50,361 bases of DNA from a virus. The stretch is taken from the IMG/VR virus record IMGVR_UViG_3300046823_000218, positions 1-50,361 of that record; one strand, written 5' to 3'. The notes below the pieces were generated by a model, which was not told the DNA's origin, searched no databases, and saw nothing but the letters and a program-made list of their open reading frames with translations. Position numbers and translations under genes: made by a program. Below are positions 23,495-35,000 of the stretch, in pieces. Position 1 is the stretch's first letter; each line of letters starts with the position of its first letter.

Positions 23495-24347
23495 CCCGAC
23501 GACCGGCTACCAGTATTACACCGAGGAGGGCGTGCCCTTGGAGTATGCGGTCCGGGGCGCGAACACGGTCGCGCAGTATCAGACCATGGCCAACCAGGAC
23601 CTGTCCGACAAGCAGATCGCCGCGCAGAAGGAGATTTCGGACAAGCAGGACGCGTTCAACCGCCAGCAGCTCGCCGATCAGGAAGCCCAGCAAGCAGCGC
23701 AACAGAAGGCTGCCCAGGAGCAGGCCGATCGGCAGACCGCCTACGACACCGGCCGCGCGCAGAACCTCGCCGCCGGCTCGCAGGCGGTCAATGATGCGTT
23801 CAAGCAGTTCAACGACGATTATTTCAACAAATACGCGTCCGACTACATGAAGCAGGTCGGGGACCAGGTCTCCTATCAGAAGGACCAGGCGACCAAGACC
23901 ACCGGCTACGACATGGCGCGCGCCGGCCTCGCCGACAGCCAGGCGCATGTCAACCAGCTTGGGCTGTTGGAGGAGACCGCAGGGCGCACGCTCGCGGACG
24001 AGACGCAGCTCGCGCAAAACCAGGCCAACACGCTCAAGACCAACATACTCAACACCAAGACCGGCCTCCTGGATCAGGTGCAGGCGTCGGAGAGCATCGG
24101 CTCGCCCATCGCCGGCAGCACGATGGACGATGTGAATGCCGCCTTGCAGACGCAGCGCAGCTCGATTTCCGGGATTTCGTCCAGCGCCAACGACGCCGTG
24201 GCGGCAACCAGCGGCGTGCCGCAGGTGAGCACGCTGGGGAACATATTCGCCAGCGCCCTCTCCGGCGTCGGCAGCTACGGCAGCGGCGTGCAGGCGAATA
24301 ATACGCTCAAGGCTGCCGGCCTGAAACCGACCAGTCCCTTCGGGTGA
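23439..24347 (+). CDS. Gln/Ala-rich internal virion (ejection) protein
   Basis: In-frame ATG 23439, 8 nt after GGAGG, within ORF 23259..24347. Coiled-coil-like composition (QAAQQKAAQEQADRQ). Confidence 0.7.
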   Translation: MCMGGGHPSSGPNHMLQTDPTTGYQYYTEEGVPLEYAVRGANTVAQYQTMANQDLSDKQIAAQKEISDKQDAFNRQQLADQEAQQAAQQKAAQEQADRQTAYDTGRAQNLAAGSQAVNDAFKQFNDDYFNKYASDYMKQVGDQVSYQKDQATKTTGYDMARAGLADSQAHVNQLGLLEETAGRTLADETQLAQNQANTLKTNILNTKTGLLDQVQASESIGSPIAGSTMDDVNAALQTQRSSISGISSSANDAVAATSGVPQVSTLGNIFASALSGVGSYGSGVQANNTLKAAGLKPTSPFG

Positions 24348-25405
24348 AGCTGACCGTGGCGCCCTTCGTCATCTTCTCGTTGCCGCGCAGCCGGTCCCGC
24401 TGGCTGTCGTCCTTCCTGGGCTATGGCGACTGGCAGTGCGGGCATGACGAGGTGCGGCACTGCCGTTCGCTGGATGATGTCAAATCGTGGCTGGCGCAGC
24501 CCTGCACGGGGACTGTCGAAACCGCGGGTGCGGCTTTCTGGCGCCTGCTGTTGCAGTATCAGCCGGATGTCCGCGTGGCGACGATCCGCCGGCCGGTCGA
24601 CGAGGTCCTGCACTCGCTCAAGGCAACCGGCGTGGAGTTCAACCACACCCTCATGCCTTTGCTGCGGCACCTGGACCGCAAGCTGGACCAGGTCGAACAG
24701 CGTGTGCCGGGGGTGCGGTCGTTTACTTTCGCGGACCTCAACACCGAAGCGTCTTGTGCCGAGCTGTTTGAATATTGCCTGCCCTACCGGCACGACAGCG
24801 CCTGGTGGCAGCAGTTAGCGCCGCTCAACGTGCAAATCAACCTCGACCATATGATGCGCTACTATCACGCGCACCGGCGGCAGTTAGACAAGGTTACGAA
24901 GCAGGCGAAGCAGCGCATGCTGAGCGCATTGCAACGCTCCCCGGAAATTGAGGGCGTCACCTTTCAAACGGAAACCATGGCGTCCTACGAGGAAGCTATC
25001 CCCTTGTTTCGGGAGCATGCGGTCGTCACCGATCGATCGCCGGACGCCTATTTGTTCGTGAATGTCCCGTTGATGCAACAGCTAGAGCGGGCGGGCGCTT
25101 TGCAGATCATTACGGCTCGCAGCAACGGCAGGCTGTTCGGTTATTTGATGTCTGTCGTCGGGCCTTGCCTGGAGTTCGAGGACAAGACGGTCGCGGTGCA
25201 CACGGCGTTCTTCGCGTCGCCGCTGATCCAAAACCTCGGCATGAAGTTGCAGCGTGCCGCGATGGAAACCTTGCGCGAGCGTGGGGTCAGTGAGGTCCAT
25301 ATGCGCGCCGGCGTGCGCGGGTCCGGCCCCCGGCTGGGGGCGTTCTATCGGCGGATGGGTGCTGAGGATTTTGGCCACCTGTATCGGCTTAGCTTGGAGC
25401 AATAA
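24344..25405 (+). CDS. Two-domain enzyme-like protein: sulfotransferase-like N-domain + GNAT-like C-domain
   Basis: ORF track 353 aa (GTG overlapping the upstream TGA). FSLPRSRSRWL resembles the 5'-phosphosulfate loop PRSGST. IRRPVDEVLHS fits the RxPxDxxxS 3'-phosphate motif. The C-terminus IQNLGMKLQRAAMETLRERGV ... LGAFYRRMGAEDFGHLY is GNAT-like. Confidence 0.75.
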   Translation: MKLTVAPFVIFSLPRSRSRWLSSFLGYGDWQCGHDEVRHCRSLDDVKSWLAQPCTGTVETAGAAFWRLLLQYQPDVRVATIRRPVDEVLHSLKATGVEFNHTLMPLLRHLDRKLDQVEQRVPGVRSFTFADLNTEASCAELFEYCLPYRHDSAWWQQLAPLNVQINLDHMMRYYHAHRRQLDKVTKQAKQRMLSALQRSPEIEGVTFQTETMASYEEAIPLFREHAVVTDRSPDAYLFVNVPLMQQLERAGALQIITARSNGRLFGYLMSVVGPCLEFEDKTVAVHTAFFASPLIQNLGMKLQRAAMETLRERGVSEVHMRAGVRGSGPRLGAFYRRMGAEDFGHLYRLSLEQ

Positions 25406-25409
25406 GTCC

Positions 25410-26408
25410 ATGGGTATCTCCGCAGGAGCAGCCACAGCCATCGCCGCGGCCGCCAGCAGCGCCGCTGCAATCGGCGGCGGCATGATGAACGCCAACGCCC
25501 AGCGGAGTGCGGCCGACGCTACCGCCGCGCAGAACCGCGCCACCATGCTCGCGCAGAACCAGGGCTTCATGCAGCGCATGCTGGCGGCCAATGCGCAGAC
25601 CGAAAGCCAGCGGCAGGTCATGGAGCAGACGATGGCCGACCGCAACGCCGCCGCCACGCAGATGCGCGAGGGCCAGATGGCGGCGATGAAGCAGCAGCAG
25701 GACATCCTCGCGGCCGAGAACCAGACCGCGGATACCCTGCGCGCGCAGGGGGACACCCAGGCGCAGAACCTGATCGCGAGCACCAGCGGTCCCAACCTTG
25801 CCGCGGGACAAGCCGCGTCCCAGGACCAGGCGGCGGCGCTGCTGTCCAGCGCCACCGCGCCCTCGATCCTGGGACCTTCCGGGGGCACCGACCCGAGCGG
25901 CAGCGACCCCTCGACCAGGTCGGCGCTCGCGCGCCGGCTGGCCGAGGCAGCGACTAACTATCGCACCTATGGCAGCAAGGTGGGCGCGGTCACGTCCTAC
26001 AATCAGCCGATCACGATGGCCAACAACGCCATCGAGGCCAACAAGTTCGGGATCATGCCGGCGCAGGCCGCGGACGTGCTGCTCAGGAGCGGCGCACCCA
26101 TCCAGATGCAGCCGGCGGAAATCGCTTACACGGGCGCGACCAACCGGGGCACGGCGACCGACGCCCTGTTGCAGTCCCGCGGGCAAAGCGGTCTCGACGC
26201 GGCGTCGCTGTCTTATGGCAATGCCACTGACATATCCAACCTGGCGCAGACCGACGCCGACACGCTCGCCGCCAACAAGAACAAGCAGGCGCAGGAAAAT
26301 GCTGCCTACGCGCAGAGCCTGGCCACCCTGGTCTCCGGCGTCGGCAACCTCGGTCTCAAGGGGGCCGGCTATTACGGCGGCAGCCCCTTCTCGTCGAAGA
26401 CAGTGTAA
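25410..26408 (+). CDS. Ala/Gln-rich internal virion (ejection) protein
   Basis: ATG 25410 after GGAGC, in frame within ORF 25254..26408. Sequence begins MGISAGAATAIAAAASSAAAIGGGMMNANAQRS... Confidence 0.7.
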   Translation: MGISAGAATAIAAAASSAAAIGGGMMNANAQRSAADATAAQNRATMLAQNQGFMQRMLAANAQTESQRQVMEQTMADRNAAATQMREGQMAAMKQQQDILAAENQTADTLRAQGDTQAQNLIASTSGPNLAAGQAASQDQAAALLSSATAPSILGPSGGTDPSGSDPSTRSALARRLAEAATNYRTYGSKVGAVTSYNQPITMANNAIEANKFGIMPAQAADVLLRSGAPIQMQPAEIAYTGATNRGTATDALLQSRGQSGLDAASLSYGNATDISNLAQTDADTLAANKNKQAQENAAYAQSLATLVSGVGNLGLKGAGYYGGSPFSSKTV

Positions 26409-26420
26409 GGACCCTCGATC

Positions 26421-28511
26421 ATGCCCGTCACCTATTCGCCGGTCGGCGACTGGAACCAGGGGTTCAGCAACCTCGGCGCGGCTTTGTTCCCCAACCCCGC
26501 GGCGGTAGCGCAGGCTGGATACTACGGCGCCGAGCGGCGCCTGTCGTTGCTGAAAGGCAACGCAGCCATGGACGAGCAGGCAGCCAAGAATTGGCAGGAG
26601 GTATACACCCCTGGCACCGGCGTTACAGCGCCGCCGCAGCGCCAGTTCATCCACCCGCAAGGATCACCGGCTGATGCGCCGGCAGTCCTGGCAGACCCAC
26701 CTACCTTGCCGATCGTAGGCCAGACCCCGCCCTTGTCCTCGACTGTGGCTGGTCCTCCTGCTGCCGCCCCGAGTGGCAACGGCGTCCCACCGCCGACGCC
26801 GACGATCCCCCCGGCGCAGCTCGCCGACACGATCACGAACAGCAGCCTAACCCAAGGCAAACCCCCGGCCTCGTCTTCGCCGGCGCCGAACTCAGCGGTG
26901 CCCCCTGCGCCCAACACCACCGGATCGGATGGCAGCGTCCCTGGCAACGACGCCAGCAGCGCCGTCATTCATCCGGGGACGCTTCAGCAGTCCGGCGGCG
27001 GCGTGAAGATGGCGCCCCCGGCGCAGGCCAATGGTTCACCGGCGGCGCCGGCTTTCAATCCGCAGCTCATCGCCTGGAACCTGGCGCGTTCGGGCCTCGA
27101 CCACAACGCGGTGAACGCCCAGCTTTCGGCTTACGTGGTCACGGCCATGAAACAGGGCATCATCGACAAAGTCACCGGGGACAACGCCCTGTCTGCCTTC
27201 CAGGCCACCGGTCCGCTGCAAGCCGATGTCACCGTGCGGGGCCAGGATGTGGAGGCGGGGACCAGGCGGGCGGTCACCAGTATGGAGCAGGCAGGCGCGA
27301 ACCAGCGCCAGCAGATGGTGATCGCCGAGCAGCAACGGAAAGAGGGCGAAGAACTCGTTGTCATCCCTGGTGCGAAACCTGGGACCACCGTGGAGAAACG
27401 GCGCAAGGATTTGCAGCCGGGAGAAATCCCGATCGCGACGGCAGCCGAGCAGGCCGCGGGGCTAGCGATCATCCCTGTTATCGGGACTGACGGCAAGCTC
27501 ACGAGCGTCCGCGGCGACGACTATCAGAAGAACCCGGGCGCCTACGTGCGCGCGCCAGATGCTATTCTGAACGTCGACAAGGAAAATGTCGGCAAGGCTC
27601 AGTCCTCCGTGGACACAGCGATGGCGCGGATGTTTGCGCCGCCGCCGACCGTCCTTGGCACTCCATACACGCAACCGGCCCGAGCGCCTGGTGATGTCAA
27701 TGCGGCGATCGTCGCACGCACCGCGGAACTTATCACGGGGACCGAAAGTCGGTTCCGCAACCAGCCAGAGGCCGCGGCTAATCAGGCGATCCAGGAAGCG
27801 ATCAATGCAAAGCAACTGCCGAACGTCGACGATGCGGCAAAAGCCCGCGAATACTATACGACCCACAACCTGGCGCAGGCGCACATCTCGAAACAGTCCG
27901 ACCCGTATGGGACCAAGACGGGTGAGTTTTTCATCCTCGACAAGCCTGCCAACGTGGCGAAAACAGTGAGCGATGCCGCGGCTGGTGCAAGCGGGGTCAA
28001 AACCCCAGCCCAGACGACGACGCAGACACAAACCCCCGCACCCGGATCGACCAACGCGATCACCACACCGGTCACCCCACCGGTCACCCCACCGGTAGAC
28101 CCGCTCGCAACCGATCCTTCTCTGGGGGGCGACGCAACGTTGCAACCGAACTTAAGTTCAGTGTCCAATGTATTGCTCAAACCTGATCCGCGTTACTCCA
28201 CCCCGCAAACCCGCGGCGAGTTGCCGGCGCCGGTAGCGATGCCTGCCGAGCTGCCGTCCCTGTCGGACACCGTCGCGGCGCCGGTGACGGGCGTGCCGCA
28301 GCAGGCACCGCAAATGGCCTTCGCAGCGCCGTCCAACCCGCGGGTGTCCTTGCCGCAGGGTGCCCTCGATGTGGCGCCCGCCGGCGCTTTTGAGGGCCAG
28401 GTTGTCACTGGCGAGCGGGGGACCAGGGGTGTCGTGCACGGGGGCTTCGTCTATCCGCTGGTGCCAACGGCGCGGCAGGCCCGCCCGGCTGTCCTGAGCC
28501 AAGGCCGATGA
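26421..28511 (+). CDS. Internal virion (ejection) protein, 696 aa
   Basis: ORF track. Supported by position and by a central P/A/S-rich low-complexity region. Confidence 0.7.
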   Translation: MPVTYSPVGDWNQGFSNLGAALFPNPAAVAQAGYYGAERRLSLLKGNAAMDEQAAKNWQEVYTPGTGVTAPPQRQFIHPQGSPADAPAVLADPPTLPIVGQTPPLSSTVAGPPAAAPSGNGVPPPTPTIPPAQLADTITNSSLTQGKPPASSSPAPNSAVPPAPNTTGSDGSVPGNDASSAVIHPGTLQQSGGGVKMAPPAQANGSPAAPAFNPQLIAWNLARSGLDHNAVNAQLSAYVVTAMKQGIIDKVTGDNALSAFQATGPLQADVTVRGQDVEAGTRRAVTSMEQAGANQRQQMVIAEQQRKEGEELVVIPGAKPGTTVEKRRKDLQPGEIPIATAAEQAAGLAIIPVIGTDGKLTSVRGDDYQKNPGAYVRAPDAILNVDKENVGKAQSSVDTAMARMFAPPPTVLGTPYTQPARAPGDVNAAIVARTAELITGTESRFRNQPEAAANQAIQEAINAKQLPNVDDAAKAREYYTTHNLAQAHISKQSDPYGTKTGEFFILDKPANVAKTVSDAAAGASGVKTPAQTTTQTQTPAPGSTNAITTPVTPPVTPPVDPLATDPSLGGDATLQPNLSSVSNVLLKPDPRYSTPQTRGELPAPVAMPAELPSLSDTVAAPVTGVPQQAPQMAFAAPSNPRVSLPQGALDVAPAGAFEGQVVTGERGTRGVVHGGFVYPLVPTARQARPAVLSQGR

Positions 28512-29062
28512 GCTTCCTCGACACGCTGATCAACGCCGAAAGCGGCGGGAAAAACATCTCGGGCCTCGGCGGCGCGCAGGGCTATTTCCAGATCACGCCG
28601 GACACGTGGCGGGACTTCGCGCCGCACGTGAACATCGACCTCAGCCAGTATCCGAACCCCCTCAGCGCCCCTCTCCTGGTGCAGAAGCAGGTGGCCTCCG
28701 TGATCCCGGAGGGGCGCTGGGGGCCGCGCACGCAGCGCATCCTTCAGCAGAACTACGGCACGCTCGATCCGACCCTGCCGATGGGGCACTATATCGGGCT
28801 GTTCGGGGACAGCTCCGGCGCGCCACCCGCCGCGCCCGCCCCGGAGCCGCCCACGGGTTTCGGCCTGCCGTCCCCGGATGCGGTCAGCATGCCGTTGTCC
28901 CCGGCCATGCCCCAGGTCCCGGGGGATGTCACCACGCCCACGGCTGCCCCGCAGCAACGACTGCCCTTCGGCATGCCGCCGGCCTCGTTCGGTGACGACA
29001 TCACGCAGGCGGCGCAGCAGATGCAGCGACAGATCGACCCGCGGACGAGGTCGCGCGCGTGA
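28508..29062 (+). CDS. Lytic transglycosylase (SLT-type), probably virion-associated
   Basis: ORF track 184 aa. INAESGGKNISGLGGAQGYFQITPDTW matches the ES(G)G...G(L/Y)xQ(I/L) SLT catalytic pattern. The stop overlaps the start of the giant gene (GTGA). Confidence 0.8.
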   Translation: MSFLDTLINAESGGKNISGLGGAQGYFQITPDTWRDFAPHVNIDLSQYPNPLSAPLLVQKQVASVIPEGRWGPRTQRILQQNYGTLDPTLPMGHYIGLFGDSSGAPPAAPAPEPPTGFGLPSPDAVSMPLSPAMPQVPGDVTTPTAAPQQRLPFGMPPASFGDDITQAAQQMQRQIDPRTRSRA

Positions 29063-32000
29063 CGCCCTTCGATAACCCGCCGACCGAGAAGTTCTCGTTA
29101 ACGCCCCCGGCTTCGCCTGTCGCGACGACGGCGGCCCAAAGCACCGGACGAGATAGTAGTATTTTGTCAGTTTTGTCAGGTGCCTCGCAGGCGGTTACAC
29201 CGCAACCCTCTGTCCCAGGACCAGGACCAGGACCAGGACCAGCCCCAGGACCAGCCCCAGGACCAGCCCCAGGACCAGCCCCAGGACCAGCCCCACCGAC
29301 CGAGCGATTTTCGCTCCCCGACACCCAGCCGATGCCCACCGGGGCTGCGCCGGTCCCGGCCTCTGTCCCGGGGGACCAGACGGCCGCGGCCCCGCCCACC
29401 GAGCAGCCCCCGGAACAGTCCGCGCTGGGTTGGGTCGGGGACCAGCTCAGCAGCTTCGCCTCTGGTGCGTGGCAGGGCGTCAAATCCATCCCCGAGGCTT
29501 TCACCACACAGCCGTTCGCGCCGCCCACAGGGACCGAGGCCAAACCGCCCGGGGACTTCGCCGGTGCCACCGGCTACGGCATCACGAGTTCGGTCCCGAT
29601 GCTGGCCGGTGGCGCCGGAGGCGCCCTTCTCGGGACCGCGATCGGCGGTCCGCCCGGGGGCATCGCCGGGGGTGCCCTGGGCATGTTCGCCGGCACCGTG
29701 GTCCAGGAGCTGCGGCCGGGCTACGTGGCGGCGGTAAACTCCGGCCTGGACCATGACGCCGCGGTCAACCAGGCGATCACGCAGGCGCTCGCGCAAGGGA
29801 CGTTCAGCGGGCTGACGGCGCCGCTATTCGCGTGGGCGCCCTTCAAGGGCCTGGTGGGCAAGCTGTTGTTCACCAGCATGGCAACAGGTCCTGCCGTTGG
29901 TGCCGCGGGTCGGGTGGTGGTCCCGGCAGTCACCGGGCAGCCGATGCCCTCGGCGGAAGAACTCGCCAAGGGCGTGGGCCAGGACGTGATCACCGGGTTT
30001 ACCCTGGGCGGCGTGCACGAAGCCGGTCGGGCGATCGTAGGGCACGGCGCACCCGCCGCGAAGCCGGGGACCACGGTCAGGGGCCGGCTGCCGGTGCTAC
30101 CCGAGAGCACAGAGCCTCCACCGGGGGGCGCACCGGGCGCAGAGCCTCCACCAGCACCGGGGGCTGGGACAGAGCCTCCAGCGCCGTCACCCGCGCCTGA
30201 AGCTCCCGCAACTGATCTTCAGCCGCGTCCAGGCGAGCCTGTCCCCGGGACACCAACCCCGACCACCCCCACCGCTGTTGCTGATACCGGCGCTGAAGGA
30301 GCCGTTGCCAAAACTGAACCACCATCCCCCACACCTCCAACCGACGGAAGGACGCCCACCGATGTCGTCGATCACCCTACACCACCCGTGCCAGCAGCTC
30401 CTGCCCCTGAACCTGTCCCTGGTGTCGTCGAAACCCCCGCTGGACGCGGTGGCGTTCCTGTCTCGGAGGCCGGCACGCAGGAGGCCGGTGCTGGTGGCGG
30501 TCCAGCTCCTGCTGCCCCTGCCGGCGCCGATACTGGCGCCGCACCCGGCGTCGGTGAAACACGCCAAGCTGGCGGCGGACTGACGCCCCCGGCGCAAGAA
30601 CACCCGGCGCTCACTGCGCTCAAGCAGGTCGCGGACCCGATCAGCGCGAAAGACCTGATCCGGCAGAACCTTGACCTGCCCGACGCCGCCGCGGCGGCGA
30701 TGGTGGCCCCGGACGGGCGGATTTTCATGTTCCGCCCCGGCTACCATGACTATGCGACATCGCACGCCGATTTCGCGGTCCAGCACCCGGACCATCCGTT
30801 CATCGAACTCTCGTCCTTCGGCGGCAAGGAAATCGGTGCGTCGAAGCCCTCGCCGGGTGCACCGACTGACGCTCAGATGCGCACGATCAACGCGCTTCGG
30901 CAGCTCACGCAGCGTGAAGGAGGCAACCTAACCACCAGTTTTCAGCAAACCCCATCCCCCGCAGCACCCTCCGTAGTCGCTTCGTCAGCTTCTCCCGTGG
31001 AGCGGGCGACCGCCAAGGACCAGGCAGCGGTGGGAGCGCCCGGCGTTGAAGCAGCCGCCCCTGCCCGGGAAGCGGCTTCGGCGCCGGGCGTCACCCCTCC
31101 TGGTCTCCGGCCCGAGGACCAGGTCCGCGTCGGCCAGCTCGATCGGCAAATAACGCGCCTGCAAGAGGACATCGCCAAGGCTCCTGCTGGTCCTGCGCGC
31201 ACGACGCTGGAAGGCCAGCTCGAACGGCTGCAAGCGAGCCGGGCTGAAATCACCACCGGGACCGCCGCCAAGCCCGAGGCCCAGCCGGCGCTGGACAAGC
31301 TCAACAAGCAGATCGCGCCCTTGGAGGCGCGGGTCGAAAAGCTCGTCGCCAAGGAAAACCTCACGAAGGCCGAGCAGCGGGAGCTGGGGAACAAGCAGGA
31401 CCAGCTCGCGAAGCTGCGGGTGCAGCGGGACCAGCTCGTCGGCGCGTCCGATGCCGAGGGCCTCGCCAGCCGCCGGTGGCGCCCGCGCAACCTGAAGCCC
31501 TACGAGCCACCGCCGGAGCCGACGCTCACCCGGGACTTCCATCACTACCAGTTCCAGAACGGCACCAGCGTCTACTCGAAAGCGTTCGCCGATGCCGGCC
31601 ACGATCCCCGGTTAGCGACCAGCTATCCGGTGGCCAAGCAGCTCAAAATCCTCACCGAGCAGACGCAGCGGCAGTTCGGTTTCAAGAGCGTCAAGTTCAG
31701 TCCCGATCACCCCGGCGGCAAGGTGGCGATCGACGAGCTGTTGAACCTCTACCGCGGCATCCACGACATGATGGCGGCGCACAACCTGCCGCTCGATTAC
31801 GCCAGCATGGGCGGCAAGCTTCACCTGCAACTGGAACCGTTGCGCAGTGGTCCCAAAGCCTACTATGGCCAATATTCCTATGGCCCTCTCGGCCGGACCA
31901 TCCACATCGCCGGTGGCTCCAACGTGTTCGGTCACGAGTGGATACACGCGTTCGACCATGACCTCATCGAGCGCATGCAGCTCGACCCGCAGCGCACGAA

Positions 32001-35000
32001 CCTCCTGTCCCGGTTCACCCGGGACAAGGGCCTCGATCCCAAGGACGGCACGAAAGCCGCGTTCGCCAAGCTCCTCAACACGATGTTCTACGACGAGGGC
32101 GACCTCGCGCATCAGCGTATGCAGTTGCAACAGCTCGCCGGCGAAGTGCGCAAGGACGGCAGCCCCACCGAGATGGCGCGGATGGCACAGGAGAACCTGA
32201 AAGTAATCGAAAGCGGTAAGGCAATGAAAATGCAAATCAAGTCCAGCGAATACCGCAAGATGGCAAAGGAGTTTTCCCCTAACAACCCCTATTGGTCCGA
32301 CGAGGAGGAACTGCTGGCGCGCGCCGGGGAAAGCTACCTGGCCCGCGGCATGGAGCAGAACGGCGTTAACCCGCGTGGCGTGGTGATGCCCGATGAAGCC
32401 TACGCCCGCGGGTTGGACAAGCGCCTCAAAATGACATTTCCCAAGAACGACGAGCTCATGGCGATCCACGCGGCGTTCAAGGATGTCTTCGACGCGGCGC
32501 GGGCCGAGGGCATCTGGGGGTCGGCCGCCGCTGCCAAGTCTAACGACTACGGCATGGTCGACCCGAACGGCTTCATGCGCACCGCGCGGCTCGCCGGGGA
32601 CACGCCCACGCTGCGCAAGAAGGCCATCGAGTTCATGCAGGTTGGAAACAACCTGAAGCGCGTGCAGAAGAGCATGAAGGAGACCACGCCCTTCGACCGC
32701 TCGCGGCCGATCGCCGAGCGCAAATGGTCGAAGCGGGCCAGCCTCTGGGCGGGCCACGTGTTCAACTCGAAACTCGCCGCCATGGACGCCATTATCAAGG
32801 CGAACCCGGAAAGTGCCAGGCCATACCTGCAACAGATCAGGGACGCGTTCGGCTCCCAGCACGGGAGCGGCCGCGCCACCGGCGAGGGCATGGAACAGGA
32901 AAGCCGCGCGCAGGCTACAACCTGGCAGAACGGCCTCGCGGCGATCCTGCAAAAGCACGGCCTGTTAGAAAAGATGACCGACCTTCAGGACCGCATGATC
33001 GTCTGGGGACTGACCACCGGTGAGGACAATTATCGCGGCACGCCGATGCCGGACAACGTCAAGAGCGTGATCCAGGAAGCGCGGTTGCTGCACAACCAGG
33101 TCTTCGACACCGCCGAGCGTGCGAAGCTCGACATCGAATATGTCGGTCAGCAATATCCGCGCATCTATGATACGAGCAAGATCAACGCCAACCAGTCCAA
33201 CAAGGACGCTTTCACCGCCGATGCGACCAAGGTTTACAAGGTGGATTTCAACAACCAGGTGGGCGTCCCCGGGGACAAACCTGACGTGTTACTGAAAAAA
33301 TACCGGCAGCTCAGTCCCGGGGACAAGAGCGACATCGACACCAAAAATCCCGGCGTGAACGCCGGCATGAAAGAGCTGGGCAAGAACCTCCGGCGCCAGC
33401 GTGCGATTGAAAAACAACTGGCGGCGGGGCCAGACCCGGCGCTCAGCGCCGAGCTGGCGCAGTTGCAGGCCGAGGCGCGCCAGCTCGCCGAGGACCATCA
33501 CGATGCGATCGGGGACCACATTTCCAGCGAAGCCGCCATCGACTGGCAACTGCGCACGAGCAAAGGCTATCCCGGCGACTTCGAGAAAATCGGTCCCAGC
33601 GGACGGTTCTTGCAGCATCGCACCCTGCCGCCGGAAACCGACCGGCTCATGGAAAACTGGATGGTCCGGGACGTGCGCACGGTCCTGCCGCAATATTACG
33701 AGCAGGTCGCGCGCAAGGTGGCATACGCGAAGCGGCTTGGTCCCAAAGGCGAAATCCTGGAGAGCCTGCTCGACAATGCAGCCCGTCACGGCCTGATGCT
33801 CAACGATGGCCCGACCATGCGCGGTCTCGTCCAGCAGATCACCGGCTACGGCGAAGACGGCAACGCCACACACAATGTCATCGGCCCCCTGGCAAATAGC
33901 GTGAACGCCTACGGGGCGGCGTTGCTGATGCCGCGATCGATGTGGACCTCCCTGCACGAGTTTGCAGTCTCGGGCCTGGCCACCGGGGATCTGCGCGTGT
34001 CCCTGCGCTCGCTCGCCAACATCATGGGCGACATCATCGGCACGGGGGCAGCGCACGATCGCCGCGAGGTCGCAGACCTTGTGGGTGTCACCCAATCGAA
34101 ACTGGCCGAAAGCCTGATGACTGCGCGCATCGGCAGCGACTACCATGACAGCCCGCGCATCGCGTGGCTGATGCAGAAATACTATAAAATGATCGGCCTG
34201 ACCGGCCTGACCAACGCGATCCGCCGCGCCAATTTCGGGGCACTGAACTGGCACCTGCGGAACCAGTCCCGCAACCTGCTGTCCGCCGAGCAGGGGGCTT
34301 ACTGGGACCTGCGACGGGACCGGGCACGGCGGCTGTTCAACGAGATGGGCATCCCGCCTGCGGAGCACTTGGCGTTCGCCGCCGAGATGCTGACGCATGA
34401 TGGCGTGCCCGAGTTCAATTACCTGACCGATCCGAACAACGCCGGCTTCGCGCGGCTCTACGGGCGGGCGATGCGTCAGTTGTCCGACTGGTCCTCGCAG
34501 AACCCTTACAAGGGAGACCGGCCGGCGCTGGCCGAAACCCCGATGGGCCGGTTCGTCTGGCAGCTTCAACACTTCAACTACGCATTCCAGCGCAACGTGC
34601 TCGACCCGATGGTCCACAACATGGGGACCGACTTTGCCTTCATGCGCGACCGGGCGCTGGCACAAGGCGCCGGCTATCTTTCGTCGCGCCTGCACGGCAT
34701 CGGCGGACTGGCTAACGCGGGCGTAGGCTTTGCCGGCGCGGCGGGCCTTCTCGTGGCGTCGTCGCTCGTGACCACGATGCTGCGCGAGATGCTGTTCAAC
34801 GGGGACAAGCTGGACGAGCACAAAAAGAAAGGCGACCTCGGGGACTGGTTCACCGACCTGGCGATCCAACGTGCTGGTCTCTCGGGGTCGCTCGATCCCT
34901 TGGTCCAGATGGTCAACAATATGCGCTACAATGCCGACGCCAACAGCCTGATCGCCGGTGCCAGCCCCACCTTCATCGCCAAGAACCTCACTGACGTGAT

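Noticed and set aside
29215-29298. Collagen-like domain in the giant protein (PGPGPGPAPGPAPG...).
   Set aside because: The periodicity is 2 and 4 residues (PG / PAPG), not Gly-X-Y triplets. It is more likely a flexible proline-rich linker arising from CCAGGACC slippage.
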